From assembly GCA_021849615.1 (NCBI GenBank), contig JAJZSQ010000002.1:7673-71672 (forward strand): DNA of 64,000 nt. The letters run 5' to 3'. A model generated the notes under the pieces. That model was given only the letters and a program-made list of their open reading frames with translations, had not been told where the DNA came from and made no database searches. Positions 26,943 through 36,762 of this stretch are shown piece by piece. The position numbers and the translations under genes are program-made. Each line of letters opens with the position of its first letter. Within the stretch, counting starts at the first letter, position 1. The DNA is from Pseudomonadota bacterium. GTDB taxonomy: Bacteria > Pseudomonadota > Gammaproteobacteria > Steroidobacterales > Steroidobacteraceae.

Positions 26943-27755
26943 ATGAGCACGGTGGCGGCCCTCCAGATGACCTCGGGCGCCGAGGTCGAGGCCAACCTCG
27001 AGCAGGCGCGCGCACTGCTCGAGGCGGCGGCCGGGCGCGGTGCGCAACTGGCCGTGCTACCGGAGAATTTCGCGTTCATGGGCCGAACCGAGGCCGATCG
27101 CCGGCGGGTCAGCGAACCGGACGGCGCCGGACCGATCCAGGCATTTCTCGCCGCGAGCGCCCGCGAACTCGGTCTGTGGATCGTGGGCGGAACCGTACCG
27201 CTCTCGGGCGCAGGCGACGGGCGCGTGGCGCCGGCCTGCCTGGTGTACGACGCCGACGGCGAACGGCGCGCCCGCTACGACAAGATCCACCTGTTCGACG
27301 TGCAGCTGCCGGACCGCGCCGAGAGCTACCGCGAATCGGCGCATTTCGCCCCGGGCAGCGCTGCGGTCGTGCTCGACACGCCGGTCGGACGGCTCGGCCT
27401 GTCGGTCTGCTACGATGTGCGCTTTCCTGAGCTGTACCGCACGCTGAGTGCGCGCGGCGCGCAGCTGTTTGCCGTGCCGGCGGCCTTCACCGCAGCCACC
27501 GGGCAGGCACACTGGGACGTGCTGCTGCGCGCGCGGGCGATCGAGAACCTCTGCGTCGTGATCGGCGCAGGTCAGTCGGGTCGGCATGCCAACGGGCGCG
27601 AGACCTACGGCGACAGCCTGGTGGTCGATCATTGGGGCCGGGTGCTGGCGCGCCAGGCGCAAGGTGCCGGCTGCGTCACCGCGGACATCGACCTTGCGGT
27701 GCAGCAGCGCGACCGGGAGCGCTTCCCGGTGCTCGAGCACCGCGTGCTCGGCTGA
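26943..27755 (+). CDS. Carbon-nitrogen hydrolase family protein (Nit/omega-amidase-like)
   Basis: LAVLPENF (Glu), KIHLFD (Lys), [10 protein letters not shown] (Cys) catalytic triad motifs. ATG 26943 inside track ORF 26712-27755. Confidence 0.88.
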   Translation: MSTVAALQMTSGAEVEANLEQARALLEAAAGRGAQLAVLPENFAFMGRTEADRRRVSEPDGAGPIQAFLAASARELGLWIVGGTVPLSGAGDGRVAPACLVYDADGERRARYDKIHLFDVQLPDRAESYRESAHFAPGSAAVVLDTPVGRLGLSVCYDVRFPELYRTLSARGAQLFAVPAAFTAATGQAHWDVLLRARAIENLCVVIGAGQSGRHANGRETYGDSLVVDHWGRVLARQAQGAGCVTADIDLAVQQRDRERFPVLEHRVLG

Positions 27756-27786
27756 TTCTCCCTTTTGAGCCTATGGGAAGGCGTTC

Positions 27787-29238
27787 ATGACCGAATTGAC
27801 CCGTACCGATCCGCTGACTCTCGCCCGCGACCTGATCCTGCGTCCGAGCGGCCTCGACGGCCGCCTGGAGAACATCTTCGGCGAGGTGCTCACGCACTCG
27901 GTGGACTTCGCGGATGTCTACTTCGAGCTGTCCCGCCAGGAGTCCTGGTCGCTCGAGGACGGTATCGTCAAAGACGGCAGCGCGAGCATCGATCAGGGCG
28001 TGGGCGTGCGCGCGCTCGCCGGGGAGAAGACCGGCTTCGCCTATTCGGACGAGATCCACCTGCCGGCGCTCACCGAGGCCTCGCACGCGGCGCGCGCCAT
28101 CGCCGAGCACGGCACTGAACGGCGGGTGGCGGCCTGGCGCGAGCGCAGCGGTCACCAGCTGTACCTGCCGGCCGATCCGCTCGCGACGCTCCCGGATGCG
28201 GACAAGGTGGCCTGGCTCGAGCGGGTCGACCGCGAGGCGCGGCGCGTCGATCCGCGTGTCGTGCATGTGACCGCGAGTCTGGTCGCGGTGCACCAGGTGA
28301 TACTGATCGCCAATAGCGAGGGCGAGCTCGCCGCGGATGTCCGTCCGCTGGTGCGATTCAACGTCTCGGTGCTCGTCGAGCACAACGGCCGGCGCGAGCG
28401 TGGCTACAGCGGTGCCGGCGGGCGCTACTCGCTGGCCGAGCTGGTCGCAGACGACGCCCCGCTGCGCCTGGCGCGCGAGGCATCCCGCCAGGCGTTGGTG
28501 AACCTTGAGGCCGTGCCGGCGCCGGCCGGTCCCATGACGGTGGTGCTGGGCGCCGGATGGCCGGGCATTCTGCTGCACGAGGCGATCGGCCATGGACTGG
28601 AGGGCGACTTCAACCGCAAAGGCACCTCGGCGTTCGCCAATCGCATCGGCCAGCGCGTGGCGGCCGCGGGCTGCACGGTGGTCGATGACGGCACGCTCGC
28701 GCGGCGGCGTGGCTCACTCAATATCGATGACGAGGGCACTCCGACGCAGTGCACCACGTTGATCGAGGACGGGATCCTGCGCGGCTACATGCAGGACCGG
28801 CTCAACGCGCGGCTCATGGGACAGCGCCCCACCGGCAACGGTCGCCGCGAGTCGTACGCGCATCTGACGATGCCGCGCATGACCAACACCTACATGCGTC
28901 CCGGGCCGCATGATCCGGAGGAAATCATCCGCTCGGTCGAGCGCGGCATCTACGCGGTGAATTTCGGAGGAGGGCAGGTGGACATCACGTCCGGGAAGTT
29001 CGTCTTCTCCGCGAGTGAAGCCTATGCGATCGAGAACGGACGGCTGGGCGCGCCGCTGAAGGGCGCGACACTGATCGGCAACGGTCCGGACGTCCTGACC
29101 CGCGTCACCATGGTGGGCAATGATCTGAAGCTCGATGAGGGCGTCGGGACCTGCGGCAAGGAGGGCCAGAGCGTGCCGGTCGGTGTCGGTCAGCCGACGC
29201 TGAAGATCGAAGAGCTGACGGTCGGCGGAACGGCCTGA
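27787..29238 (+). CDS. tldD: Metalloprotease TldD
   Basis: 483 aa with the HEAIGHGLE zinc motif and a conserved TldD C-terminus. Confidence 0.95.
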   Translation: MTELTRTDPLTLARDLILRPSGLDGRLENIFGEVLTHSVDFADVYFELSRQESWSLEDGIVKDGSASIDQGVGVRALAGEKTGFAYSDEIHLPALTEASHAARAIAEHGTERRVAAWRERSGHQLYLPADPLATLPDADKVAWLERVDREARRVDPRVVHVTASLVAVHQVILIANSEGELAADVRPLVRFNVSVLVEHNGRRERGYSGAGGRYSLAELVADDAPLRLAREASRQALVNLEAVPAPAGPMTVVLGAGWPGILLHEAIGHGLEGDFNRKGTSAFANRIGQRVAAAGCTVVDDGTLARRRGSLNIDDEGTPTQCTTLIEDGILRGYMQDRLNARLMGQRPTGNGRRESYAHLTMPRMTNTYMRPGPHDPEEIIRSVERGIYAVNFGGGQVDITSGKFVFSASEAYAIENGRLGAPLKGATLIGNGPDVLTRVTMVGNDLKLDEGVGTCGKEGQSVPVGVGQPTLKIEELTVGGTA

Positions 29239-29249
29239 GGCGTTCGGCC

Positions 29250-30671
29250 ATGGACCACGAGGAGTTTCGCCGATTCGGTCACCAGCTGATCGACTGGATC
29301 GCCGATTATCGGCGCGAGTGCGCCGAGGGCACCCGTGCGGTGATGGCCCGCGTGGCGCCCGGGGACGTGCGGGCCCGCCTGCCGGCCGAGCCGCCGCTTG
29401 ATGCGCAGCCCCTGGAGGACGTCCTTGCTGATCTTTCCAATATCATTCTGCCGGGCTGCACCCACTGGCAGGATCCACGCTTCTTCGCCTATTTCCCCTC
29501 CAATAGTTCGCTCGCCGCGGTGCTGGGAGATCTGGCGAGCACCGGCCTGGCGCAGCTCGGCCTGAACTGGCAGGCGAGCCCGGCGCTCACGGAGCTGGAG
29601 GATCTCACCACCGACTGGTTGCGCCAGATGATGGGCCTCTCGGCGCAGTGGAGCGGCGTGATCCAGGACACGGCCTCGACGGCCACCCTGGTGGCGCTGC
29701 TGTGCGCCCGCGAGCGCGCCACGAACTTCGCCGCGGCGCGCGGCGGACTGCAGGGCTGTGCCGAGCCCCTCACGGTGTACCTGTCGAGTCAGAGTCACAG
29801 TTCGGTCGAGAAGGCGGCCCTGCTGGCGGGGTTCGGGCGGGAGAACCTGCGCGTGATCCCGGTCGATGACGCCTTTGGCATGCAACCGCAGGCGTTGCGC
29901 GAGGCCATCGAGGCCGACGTGCAGCGCGGATTGCGGCCTTGTGCCATCGTCGCCACGGTGGGCTCGACGGCCGTCACCGCCATCGATCCGCTCGCGCCGA
30001 TCGCCGAGGTCGCGCGCGCCCACGGTCTGTGGCTGCACGTCGATGCAGCCCTGGCGGGCGCCGCGATGCTCCTGCCGGAGTGCCGGGCGCTCTGGCAGGG
30101 CGTCGAGGATGCCGACTCCCTCGTGGTGAACGCGCACAAGTGGCTCGGCGCATCCTTCGACTGCTCGCTCTACTACGTGCGCGATCCGCAGCACCTGATC
30201 CGGGTGATGTCCACGAGTCCGAGCTATCTGCGCACGGCCGCGGACGAGACGGCACGCAACCTGCGCGACTGGGGGATCCCGCTCGGGCGGCGCTTCCGCG
30301 CCCTGAAGCTGTGGTTTCTGATCCGCGAGCAGGGTGTGAGCGGGCTGCAGACCCGACTGCGGCGCGATCTGGCGCACGCGCGCTGGCTCGCCGCGCGCAT
30401 CGATGCCAGCGCGCAGTGGCGGCGGTTGGCGCCGGTGCCGCTGCAGACCGTGTGCGTGCGGCACGAGCCGCCGGGACTCGACGGCGATGCGCTCGATCGG
30501 CACACGCTCGCCTGGGCGCGGCGCATCAACGAATCGGGTCAGGCGTATCTCACCCCCGCGATGCTCGAGGGGCGCTGGATGGTGCGAGTGTCGTTCGGCG
30601 TCGAGACGACCGAATACCGGCACGTCGAGGCGCTCTGGGCGCTGATGCAGTCGGCCGCTGCGGCTGACTGA
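29250..30671 (+). CDS. PLP-dependent group II decarboxylase (aromatic-L-amino-acid decarboxylase-like)
   Basis: N-terminus MDHEEFRRFGHQLIDWIADY, HWQDPRFFAYFP, and PLP-lysine motif NAHKWL. Confidence 0.9.
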   Translation: MDHEEFRRFGHQLIDWIADYRRECAEGTRAVMARVAPGDVRARLPAEPPLDAQPLEDVLADLSNIILPGCTHWQDPRFFAYFPSNSSLAAVLGDLASTGLAQLGLNWQASPALTELEDLTTDWLRQMMGLSAQWSGVIQDTASTATLVALLCARERATNFAAARGGLQGCAEPLTVYLSSQSHSSVEKAALLAGFGRENLRVIPVDDAFGMQPQALREAIEADVQRGLRPCAIVATVGSTAVTAIDPLAPIAEVARAHGLWLHVDAALAGAAMLLPECRALWQGVEDADSLVVNAHKWLGASFDCSLYYVRDPQHLIRVMSTSPSYLRTAADETARNLRDWGIPLGRRFRALKLWFLIREQGVSGLQTRLRRDLAHARWLAARIDASAQWRRLAPVPLQTVCVRHEPPGLDGDALDRHTLAWARRINESGQAYLTPAMLEGRWMVRVSFGVETTEYRHVEALWALMQSAAAAD

Positions 30672-30675
30672 ACGC

Positions 30676-30695
30676 TGCCGGGGTCTGCCCCCGGC
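30676..30695. terminator. Perfect 8-bp hairpin between convergent genes
   Basis: TGCCGGGG-TCTG-CCCCGGCA, located between the decarboxylase stop (30671) and the DUF465 gene stop (30699). No U-tract. Confidence 0.45.
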
Positions 30696-30698
30696 ACG

Positions 30699-30923
30699 CT
30701 AGGCATTGAGGTCGGGGATGAGTTCGCTTTCCAGGCGGGTAATCTGGTCTTTCAGCGCCAGTTTGCGTTTCTTTAGCCGCTTCAGCTGCAGCTCATCGAC
30801 GTGCAGGTCGAGCGACAACCGGCAGATCACCTCGTCGAGGTCGCGATGCTCGATGCGCAGCTGCCGCAATTTCTCCATATTGCGGAACAGCTCGCGATCG
30901 ATGTTGTCTTCGGTGTCGGTCAT
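30699..30923 (-). CDS. DUF465/YdcH-family small coiled-coil protein
   Basis: 74 aa; ...LRIEHRDLDEVI...LQLKRLKKRKLALKDQI is the typical family pattern. Confidence 0.8.
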   Translation of the reverse strand: MTDTEDNIDRELFRNMEKLRQLRIEHRDLDEVICRLSLDLHVDELQLKRLKKRKLALKDQITRLESELIPDLNA

Positions 30924-30929
30924 GGCGCT

Positions 30930-30959
30930 CCGTTCCCGCCGCAGCGGCGGCGGGAACGG
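30930..30959 (-). terminator. 13-bp GC hairpin downstream of rhlB
   Basis: CCGTTCCCGCCGC-AGCG-GCGGCGGGAACGG. No U-tract, so function as a terminator is inferred. Confidence 0.4.
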
Positions 30960-31029
30960 TCACAGGCGCCCCCGCCGTGCCGTGCCTCGCTGCGTCACCC
31001 TATCATAGCGCGCGCCGCCGCAGGCGGCG

Positions 31030-32358
31030 CTAGCCGGACCGATGCGGCTTGCCGCGCCCGCGACGACCGCCACCACCACCACCACCACCACCACCGCCAC
31101 CCGATCCCGGCCGGCGTCCCGAGTGAGGGCCGCCGCGGCGCGGACCGCGCCGGTACTCAGGCAGGGCCTCGGGCAGGGCCAGATCAGTGGCCAGCATCGA
31201 AGTTTCGATCGGTGCCGAGGGAATCTTGTGACCGATGTAGTGCTCGATGTCCGGCAGTCCGACCGCGTACTCCTCGCAGGCGAAGCTGATGGCATCACCA
31301 TCGGCCCCGGCTCGGGCCGTGCGGCCGATGCGGTGCACGTAATCGGCCGCATCCTGCGGCAGATCGAAGTTGAAGACGTGGCTGACGTCCGGAATGTGCA
31401 GGCCGCGCGAGGCGACGTCGGTGGCGATCAGCACCGCGAGTTCGCCGTCGTGGAAGTCGCGCAGGAAACGCAGCCGCTTCGCCTGCGGCACGTCGCCGGA
31501 GAGCGCCTGGGCCTGAATGCCGTTGGCATGCAGCACCGCCTCGAGCCGCTCCGCCATGCGCTTGGTATTGACGAAAATCATGGTTCGGTGCGCCTCGCTC
31601 TGGCGCAGCAGGCCGATCAGCAGTGGGATCTTCTCCTCCATGGAGGGGTAGTACATGATCTGGCGGATACGGTCGACCGTCTTCTTGTCCGGCTCGATCC
31701 GCACCAGCTCGGGGTTGTTCATGTGCTCATAGGCAAGCTCGAGCACCCGGTAGGAGAGGGTCGCAGAAAACAGCATCGACTGGCGCCGCTCCGGCGGCGG
31801 CAGCCGGCGCAGCAGGTAGCGGATGTCGGCGATGAAGCCGAGGTCGAACATGCGGTCGGCCTCATCGAGCACCACGGCCTGCGCGTGCTTCAGGTCGAAC
31901 ACGTGCTGCTTGTAATAGTCGATCAGCCGTCCGGGCGTGCCGATCAGCACGTCGATGCCTTCCTCGAGCGTGCGGCGCTGCTTCTCGTAGTCGATGCCGC
32001 CGTAGACCACGGCATGTTTCAATCCGGTGTGCCGGCCGAGCGTCTCCGCATCGTGATGGATCTGCACCGCGAGTTCACGCGTCGGGGCGACGATCAGTGC
32101 GCGGACCGAAGTCGGCGCGCGCCCCGCAGGTGCGGCATGGGTGAGCAGCGTGTTGTAGAGCGCCACGAGAAAGGCGGCGGTCTTGCCGGTGCCGGTCTGA
32201 GCTTGTCCGGCCACGTCCCGGCCGGCGATCGCGATGGGCAGCGTCTGGGCCTGGATGGGGGTGCAGCTGGCGAAACCTGCGTCGCGAATGCCCGCGAGCA
32301 CCGGGGCGGCGAGGCCGAGACCGGCAAAGGTCACGGCACGATCAAGGGGTTCGTTCAT
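31030..32358 (-). CDS. rhlB: DEAD-box ATP-dependent RNA helicase RhlB
   Basis: Q motif/Walker [16 protein letters not shown] box [21 protein letters not shown], and a Gly/Arg-rich tail. Divergent from trxA-rho as in E. coli. ATG (complement of 32356-32358) chosen inside track ORF 31030-32454. Confidence 0.9.
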   Translation of the reverse strand: MNEPLDRAVTFAGLGLAAPVLAGIRDAGFASCTPIQAQTLPIAIAGRDVAGQAQTGTGKTAAFLVALYNTLLTHAAPAGRAPTSVRALIVAPTRELAVQIHHDAETLGRHTGLKHAVVYGGIDYEKQRRTLEEGIDVLIGTPGRLIDYYKQHVFDLKHAQAVVLDEADRMFDLGFIADIRYLLRRLPPPERRQSMLFSATLSYRVLELAYEHMNNPELVRIEPDKKTVDRIRQIMYYPSMEEKIPLLIGLLRQSEAHRTMIFVNTKRMAERLEAVLHANGIQAQALSGDVPQAKRLRFLRDFHDGELAVLIATDVASRGLHIPDVSHVFNFDLPQDAADYVHRIGRTARAGADGDAISFACEEYAVGLPDIEHYIGHKIPSAPIETSMLATDLALPEALPEYRRGPRRGGPHSGRRPGSGGGGGGGGGGGGRRGRGKPHRSG

Positions 32359-32950
32359 CGACTCTCCGGCGTGCGCCGCAGGGGCCAGAATGGCCCGAAA
32401 CAGGCGCCGCTCATGCGGTTGTGGTAATATGTGTGCATCGATTATCGCGCCCATGGTACCTGCTGACGCACCTGCGCGGACAGCCGGACCGGTCCGCTTG
32501 CGGACCGATGCGCAGCGCCAGCCGAACCGGCGGTGACATACCCGGATCTGCCGGCCGGTGGGCGTTCAGAATCAGCGTTGAGCTGGGGATTTGCGGACGT
32601 TTTGGCTGTCATGACGCCCAGGCCGCGCGCCGTGGATGGCGTGCCGGCGGCTCGTCCCGGCTCTGAGTCACAGTGTCGAATGGAGGTCTGGTTGGGCCTT
32701 GCAAAAGCGCTCCGGACGCGTTAAAAAGCGCTCCAGCAAGCGGACCATCCGGTCCGTGCCTGCCGGCCCCAGGGGGCGCTTCACGCAGGCCGCATCCTAA
32801 TTGATTCAAGCTCGAACCCTCATTATTTCACGAGTTAGTGTAACCGTTTGACGGGTATTTCCGGCAGGGGCGCTTCCAGCCCGCCACCCGGCCTCGATAG
32901 CCCTTCGCTAAATCCCGACAAAAAACTGCCTTCGACGGAGGTTGAACCGC

Positions 32951-33280
32951 GTGAGCAACCCGCACATCGTCCACACCACAGATGCCACTTTTTCCCAGGA
33001 TGTCCTGAACTCCGACAAGCCCGTGCTGCTTGATTTCTGGGCCGAGTGGTGCGGTCCGTGCAAGATGATCGCGCCGATTCTCGATGAGATCGCCGGCGAG
33101 TATCAGGACCGCGTCAAGATCGCCAAGATCAACATCGATGAGAATCCGCAGACCCCGCCGAAATACGGCATCCGCGGCATCCCGACGCTGATTCTGTTCA
33201 AGAACGGCACGGTCGAGGCCCAGAAGGTCGGCGCCGTATCCAAATCCCAACTCTCTGCATTCCTGGAAAGCAATCTGTGA
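32951..33280 (+). CDS. trxA: Thioredoxin 1
   Basis: [19 protein letters not shown] and [14 protein letters not shown] are near-identical to E. coli TrxA. GTG 32951 is preceded by GGAGG at a distance of 10 nt. Confidence 0.95.
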   Translation: MSNPHIVHTTDATFSQDVLNSDKPVLLDFWAEWCGPCKMIAPILDEIAGEYQDRVKIAKINIDENPQTPPKYGIRGIPTLILFKNGTVEAQKVGAVSKSQLSAFLESNL

Positions 33281-33468
33281 GAGGCTACCTCGGCAATCAG
33301 GGCCGTAACCGGTCCAACAAAGGTCAGCGTCACGGCAATCGTGAACGCGACGGCAACCGCGCCAACGGCAACACCGGCGGCCGCCCGGATGACCTGCACG
33401 ATGAGGTCTTCGAGGGCGATGAGTCGGAAATCATCAGTCCCGCGGAGCTTGCGCAATCGCGCAACTCG

Positions 33469-34725
33469 ATGAGCCTCACGGCCCTGAAGGCCAAGCCCAT
33501 CTACGAGCTGGTGAAGGTGGCCGAGTCCATGGGGCTCGAGAGCCTGGCCCGCTCGCGCAAGCAGGACATCATTTTCTCGATCCTGAAGGCGCACGCGCGC
33601 AACGGCGAGAACATCCACGGCGATGGCGTGCTCGAGATCCTGCAGGACGGCTTCGGCTTCCTGCGCTCGGCGGACGGTTCTTACCTCGCCGGTCCCGACG
33701 ACATCTACATCAGCCCGAGCCAGATCCGCCGCTTCAATCTGCGCACCGGCGACACGATTTCCGGATTGATTCGCCCGCCGAAGGACGGCGAGCGCTACTT
33801 CGCGCTGCTGAAGGTCGGGGAGATCAATTTCGACTCCCCCGAGAGCTCGCGCAACAAGGTGTTGTTCGAGAACCTCACGCCGCTGCACCCAACCAAGCGG
33901 TTGAAGCTCGAGCGCGGCAACGGCTCGACCGAGGATCTCACCGCCCGCACCATCGACCTGGTGGCGCCGATCGGCAAGGGACAGCGCGGCCTGATCGTCT
34001 CTCCGCCGAAGGCTGGCAAGACCGTCCTGCTGCAGAACATCGCCACCTCCCTCACGGCCAATCATCCCGAGATCTACCTGATCGTGCTGCTCATCGATGA
34101 GCGGCCCGAGGAAGTGACCGAGATGCAGCGCACCGTCAAGGGCGAGGTGGTCTCGAGCACGTTCGATGAGCCAGCCGCCCGCCACGTGCAGGTCGCCGAG
34201 ATGGTCATCGAGAAGGCCAAGCGTCTCGTCGAGCACAAGAAGGACGTGGTGATCCTGCTCGACTCGATCACGCGTCTGGCCCGCGCCTACAACACCGTGG
34301 TGCCGTCCTCCGGCAAGGTGCTCACCGGCGGCGTGGATGCGAATGCGCTGCAGCGCCCGAAGCGCTTCTTCGGCGCGGCGCGCAACATCGAGGAGGGTGG
34401 CAGCCTCACCATCCTCGCCACTGCGCTGATCGATACCGGCTCGAAGATGGACGACGTCATCTACGAGGAATTCAAGGGTACCGGCAACAGCGAAATCCAC
34501 CTCGACCGGCGCATCGCCGAGAAGCGGGTGTTCCCGTCAGTGAACATCAACCGCTCCGGGACGCGCAAGGAAGAGCTGATCACCGATCCGGGTGAGCTCG
34601 CCAAGATGTGGATCCTGCGCAAACTGCTGCACCCGATGGATGAACTGGCCGCGATCGAGTTCCTGCTCGACAAGCTCAAGGACACCAAGTGCAACAGCGA
34701 GTTCTTCGAGGCGATGAAGCGCTGA
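33469..34725 (+). CDS. rho: Transcription termination factor Rho
   Basis: From M65 of track ORF 33277-34725, the sequence aligns residue for residue with E. coli Rho ([40 protein letters not shown]...). Walker A PPKAGKT. See the finding on the in-frame upstream extension. Confidence 0.95.
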   Translation: MSLTALKAKPIYELVKVAESMGLESLARSRKQDIIFSILKAHARNGENIHGDGVLEILQDGFGFLRSADGSYLAGPDDIYISPSQIRRFNLRTGDTISGLIRPPKDGERYFALLKVGEINFDSPESSRNKVLFENLTPLHPTKRLKLERGNGSTEDLTARTIDLVAPIGKGQRGLIVSPPKAGKTVLLQNIATSLTANHPEIYLIVLLIDERPEEVTEMQRTVKGEVVSSTFDEPAARHVQVAEMVIEKAKRLVEHKKDVVILLDSITRLARAYNTVVPSSGKVLTGGVDANALQRPKRFFGAARNIEEGGSLTILATALIDTGSKMDDVIYEEFKGTGNSEIHLDRRIAEKRVFPSVNINRSGTRKEELITDPGELAKMWILRKLLHPMDELAAIEFLLDKLKDTKCNSEFFEAMKR

Positions 34726-34743
34726 GATTGTTGTGGGGCGGCG

Positions 34744-34864
34744 CATAAAGTTTCCGATCGGCCCCATAAAGATTCCTACGCGTTCCATAAAGGTTCCGGC
34801 TGCGATCAAAGTTGCCTTTGAAAAATAAGGAATTTTTCCGGCCGGATACCCCATAAAGGTTCCG
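34744..34864. repeat. Phased array of CCATAAAG-N-TTCC(G) repeats (3 exact-phase copies at 21 bp, 1 more good copy, 1-2 degenerate)
   Basis: CATAAAG starts at 34744, 34765, 34786 (exactly 21 bp apart) and 34852 (66 bp further). Degenerate copies near 34805 (ATCAAAGTTGCC) and 34825 (AATAAGGAATTTTTCCGG). AT-rich, immediately after the rho stop. Confidence 0.85.
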
Positions 34865-34974
34865 CGCAGTGAAAATCACAAATTTGACGCTGCAAACCGG
34901 GCAAATATTCGCTCTGATGGGCAATTCCCCGTCGGCTGATGGTCAGGGCCCCTTTCCTCCACCGGCGTTACCCG

Positions 34975-35450
34975 GCTTCATCGGTGTCGGGTCGGGGGAG
35001 GCGCCCTGAAGGGGCTGGCCTCCGCCCGCCGCCCAAACTGGACGTGCAGTTTTCCCGCATCCAGCTTTCACGATGACCACTTGCGGTGGGGAGCCAAGGA
35101 AGGGATCAGACCGACGAGATTCACGAGGCCGTACTCACCATATAGCGTGCTCTCGGGCAGCGTACGCCACCCACAGCAGCGCCAATGCCGGTATCGATGC
35201 GCCCAGAGGCGCTGCACGACCCAGCGGTTGAGCCGGTTGAAGAGCCTGCGGACATGAGCGCGCTTGTAGTACTCGCGCCAGCCACGAAGGACAGGGTTGA
35301 TCTGCTGGATAAACTCGGCCGTGGTCACCGGCGCTTTGCGACGCGTGAGTTGACGAATCTGATCTTTGAAGTGTCGGACCGATCTCTCTCGCGGGATGGC
35401 ATACAGCGCTCCCGCTTTGGTGCCACTTTTGATCTTCGCATCCCAATAGC
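34975..35450 (-). pseudogene. 3' remnant of a group II intron (maturase domain of the IEP plus domain V/VI-like RNA)
   Basis: Reverse translation reads ...RERSVRHFKDQIRQLTRRKAPVTTAEFIQQINPVLRGWREYYKRAHVRRLFNRLNRWVVQRLW (maturase X-domain signature RGWxxYY) with no RT domain upstream. Directly after the stop comes AGCTGGATGC..GCA-CG-TCCAGTT, a domain-V-like hairpin with an AGC triad and a 2-nt bulge (about 35036-35067). Confidence 0.75.
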
Positions 35451-35493
35451 CTTAAAGAGAACGTGCTCTATCCGCGGCAGTCGGCTACGATGC

Positions 35494-36762
35494 TCACGGT
35501 GTCGGTGTATCCGACTCCGTCCTCTTGAGCCCGAGCGGCTGAGTCAGCGCTTCATCCGCGCGTTCCACCTCCAGAAGTTGGTACGCTCGTGGGTTGTTGA
35601 AGCTCGTATTCCAGGCTGGGCTCTTGGGGTAGTCGTACACCCACAGCGCAGCCAACGGCGCTCCGCTTGCGATGACCGATCGCAGCAGTGACTGAAACGC
35701 CTGCTTGGCGGCAGACGCTGCCGCGGCGGCTGCAGGCGCCGGGACGCCGAACTCCCCTATGAAAAGAGGCTGGTGGTTGCGGCGTGCAATGTGGTTCAGG
35801 AAGCGGAGATACGCATGCCCGGACTGGAACGGAGGCAGCGGCCTGCGGCCGGCATACCAGTGCACGCTGGTCATGTCCATGGGCGCAGGGTTCAGGGATC
35901 GGAGCATCTGGGTGTACTCATGCTTGCTGTCGATCCCCCAGGAGTGGCGGTATCTCTGGTGCCAAGCCGAGATTCGGTCGACGGAATTCCCGCTGTCGAT
36001 GATGCGGTAAGGGTCGTACTTGCGGACTTCCGCGGCGAATGTCTTGTAGGCCACTGCGAGCTCGGCGCTGGTCAATCGATCTGCCGCGGTTCGCACCGCG
36101 GGAGTCCCGCGAGCAGGACTGATCGGTGCGCCGTGGCTCCTCCAGTTGGGAAGATCGGCGGCGAGATTGTACTCGTTGCCGAATTCGTATCCCCAGATCG
36201 CCGGAGAATGTGCGAAGCGCTTCATGAACTGCGATACGTAGCTGCGCATGAAGCGGATTGTCTTGCTGTTCGGGTTTCCCCACTGGTCGCGCGCTTCTCC
36301 AACGAGGTCGGGAACGGTGGAACTGTTCCAGAAAAAGTCCGGGATTAGTCCGACGTGGTCTTTCTGAGCCTGTCGCACGACATCTCGCATGAGCCCCCAG
36401 TACTTGCTGGGATTCTTTTGCAACAGATTGAGGTCATTTGGCCAGAAGCCAGTTGCCATAAAGCGAGCGAAGGGAATGTGGTGGGATTCGAGTTGCCGCA
36501 ACCCGCTGATGTAAGCGGTACTTGACGGATCGGCGAGCAGCCCGGAGAAGAGGCTGTAGTAATTGACCCCGATCCCGCGATAGGGCTTCCCTTCCAGCAG
36601 TAACTGGCCCCCGACCCCCACGGTGAGTCCAGGCTGCGTCGGGTGGACCAAGGTTCCCGCGGGCGGGATTTCCGAGGCATTTGCCCGCGCAGCAGAGAGG
36701 CCCAGCACCACGAGCAAAACCCGGATTAATCGGGCTCCCTGAGATGCTGAGCGGCGGTGCAC
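35494..36762 (-). CDS. Secreted clan GH-A (GH5-like) glycoside hydrolase
   Basis: Signal peptide RLIRVLLVVLGLSAARANA. Acid/base motif FGNEYN and nucleophile motif FIGEFG. GTG start (complement of 36760-36762) chosen to place the signal peptide at the N-terminus. The track ORF extends to 37077. Confidence 0.72.
   Translation of the reverse strand: MHRRSASQGARLIRVLLVVLGLSAARANASEIPPAGTLVHPTQPGLTVGVGGQLLLEGKPYRGIGVNYYSLFSGLLADPSSTAYISGLRQLESHHIPFARFMATGFWPNDLNLLQKNPSKYWGLMRDVVRQAQKDHVGLIPDFFWNSSTVPDLVGEARDQWGNPNSKTIRFMRSYVSQFMKRFAHSPAIWGYEFGNEYNLAADLPNWRSHGAPISPARGTPAVRTAADRLTSAELAVAYKTFAAEVRKYDPYRIIDSGNSVDRISAWHQRYRHSWGIDSKHEYTQMLRSLNPAPMDMTSVHWYAGRRPLPPFQSGHAYLRFLNHIARRNHQPLFIGEFGVPAPAAAAAASAAKQAFQSLLRSVIASGAPLAALWVYDYPKSPAWNTSFNNPRAYQLLEVERADEALTQPLGLKRTESDTPTP

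Noticed and set aside
25361-27079. 572-aa - strand ORF
   Set aside because: Antisense to rng.
31042-32427. 461-aa + strand ORF
   Set aside because: Antisense to rhlB; the DEAD-box motifs are on the - strand.
34744-34864. Possible CRISPR array
   Set aside because: Repeat unit is only about 13 bp with spacers of about 8 bp, far too short. No cas genes are present. Classified as an iteron-like or operator-like array instead.
34676-34924. 82-aa - strand ORF with repeated RNLYG peptide motif (also 34537-34854)
   Set aside because: The periodic peptide is just the translation of the 21-bp DNA repeat array. No start context, and it overlaps the rho 3' end.
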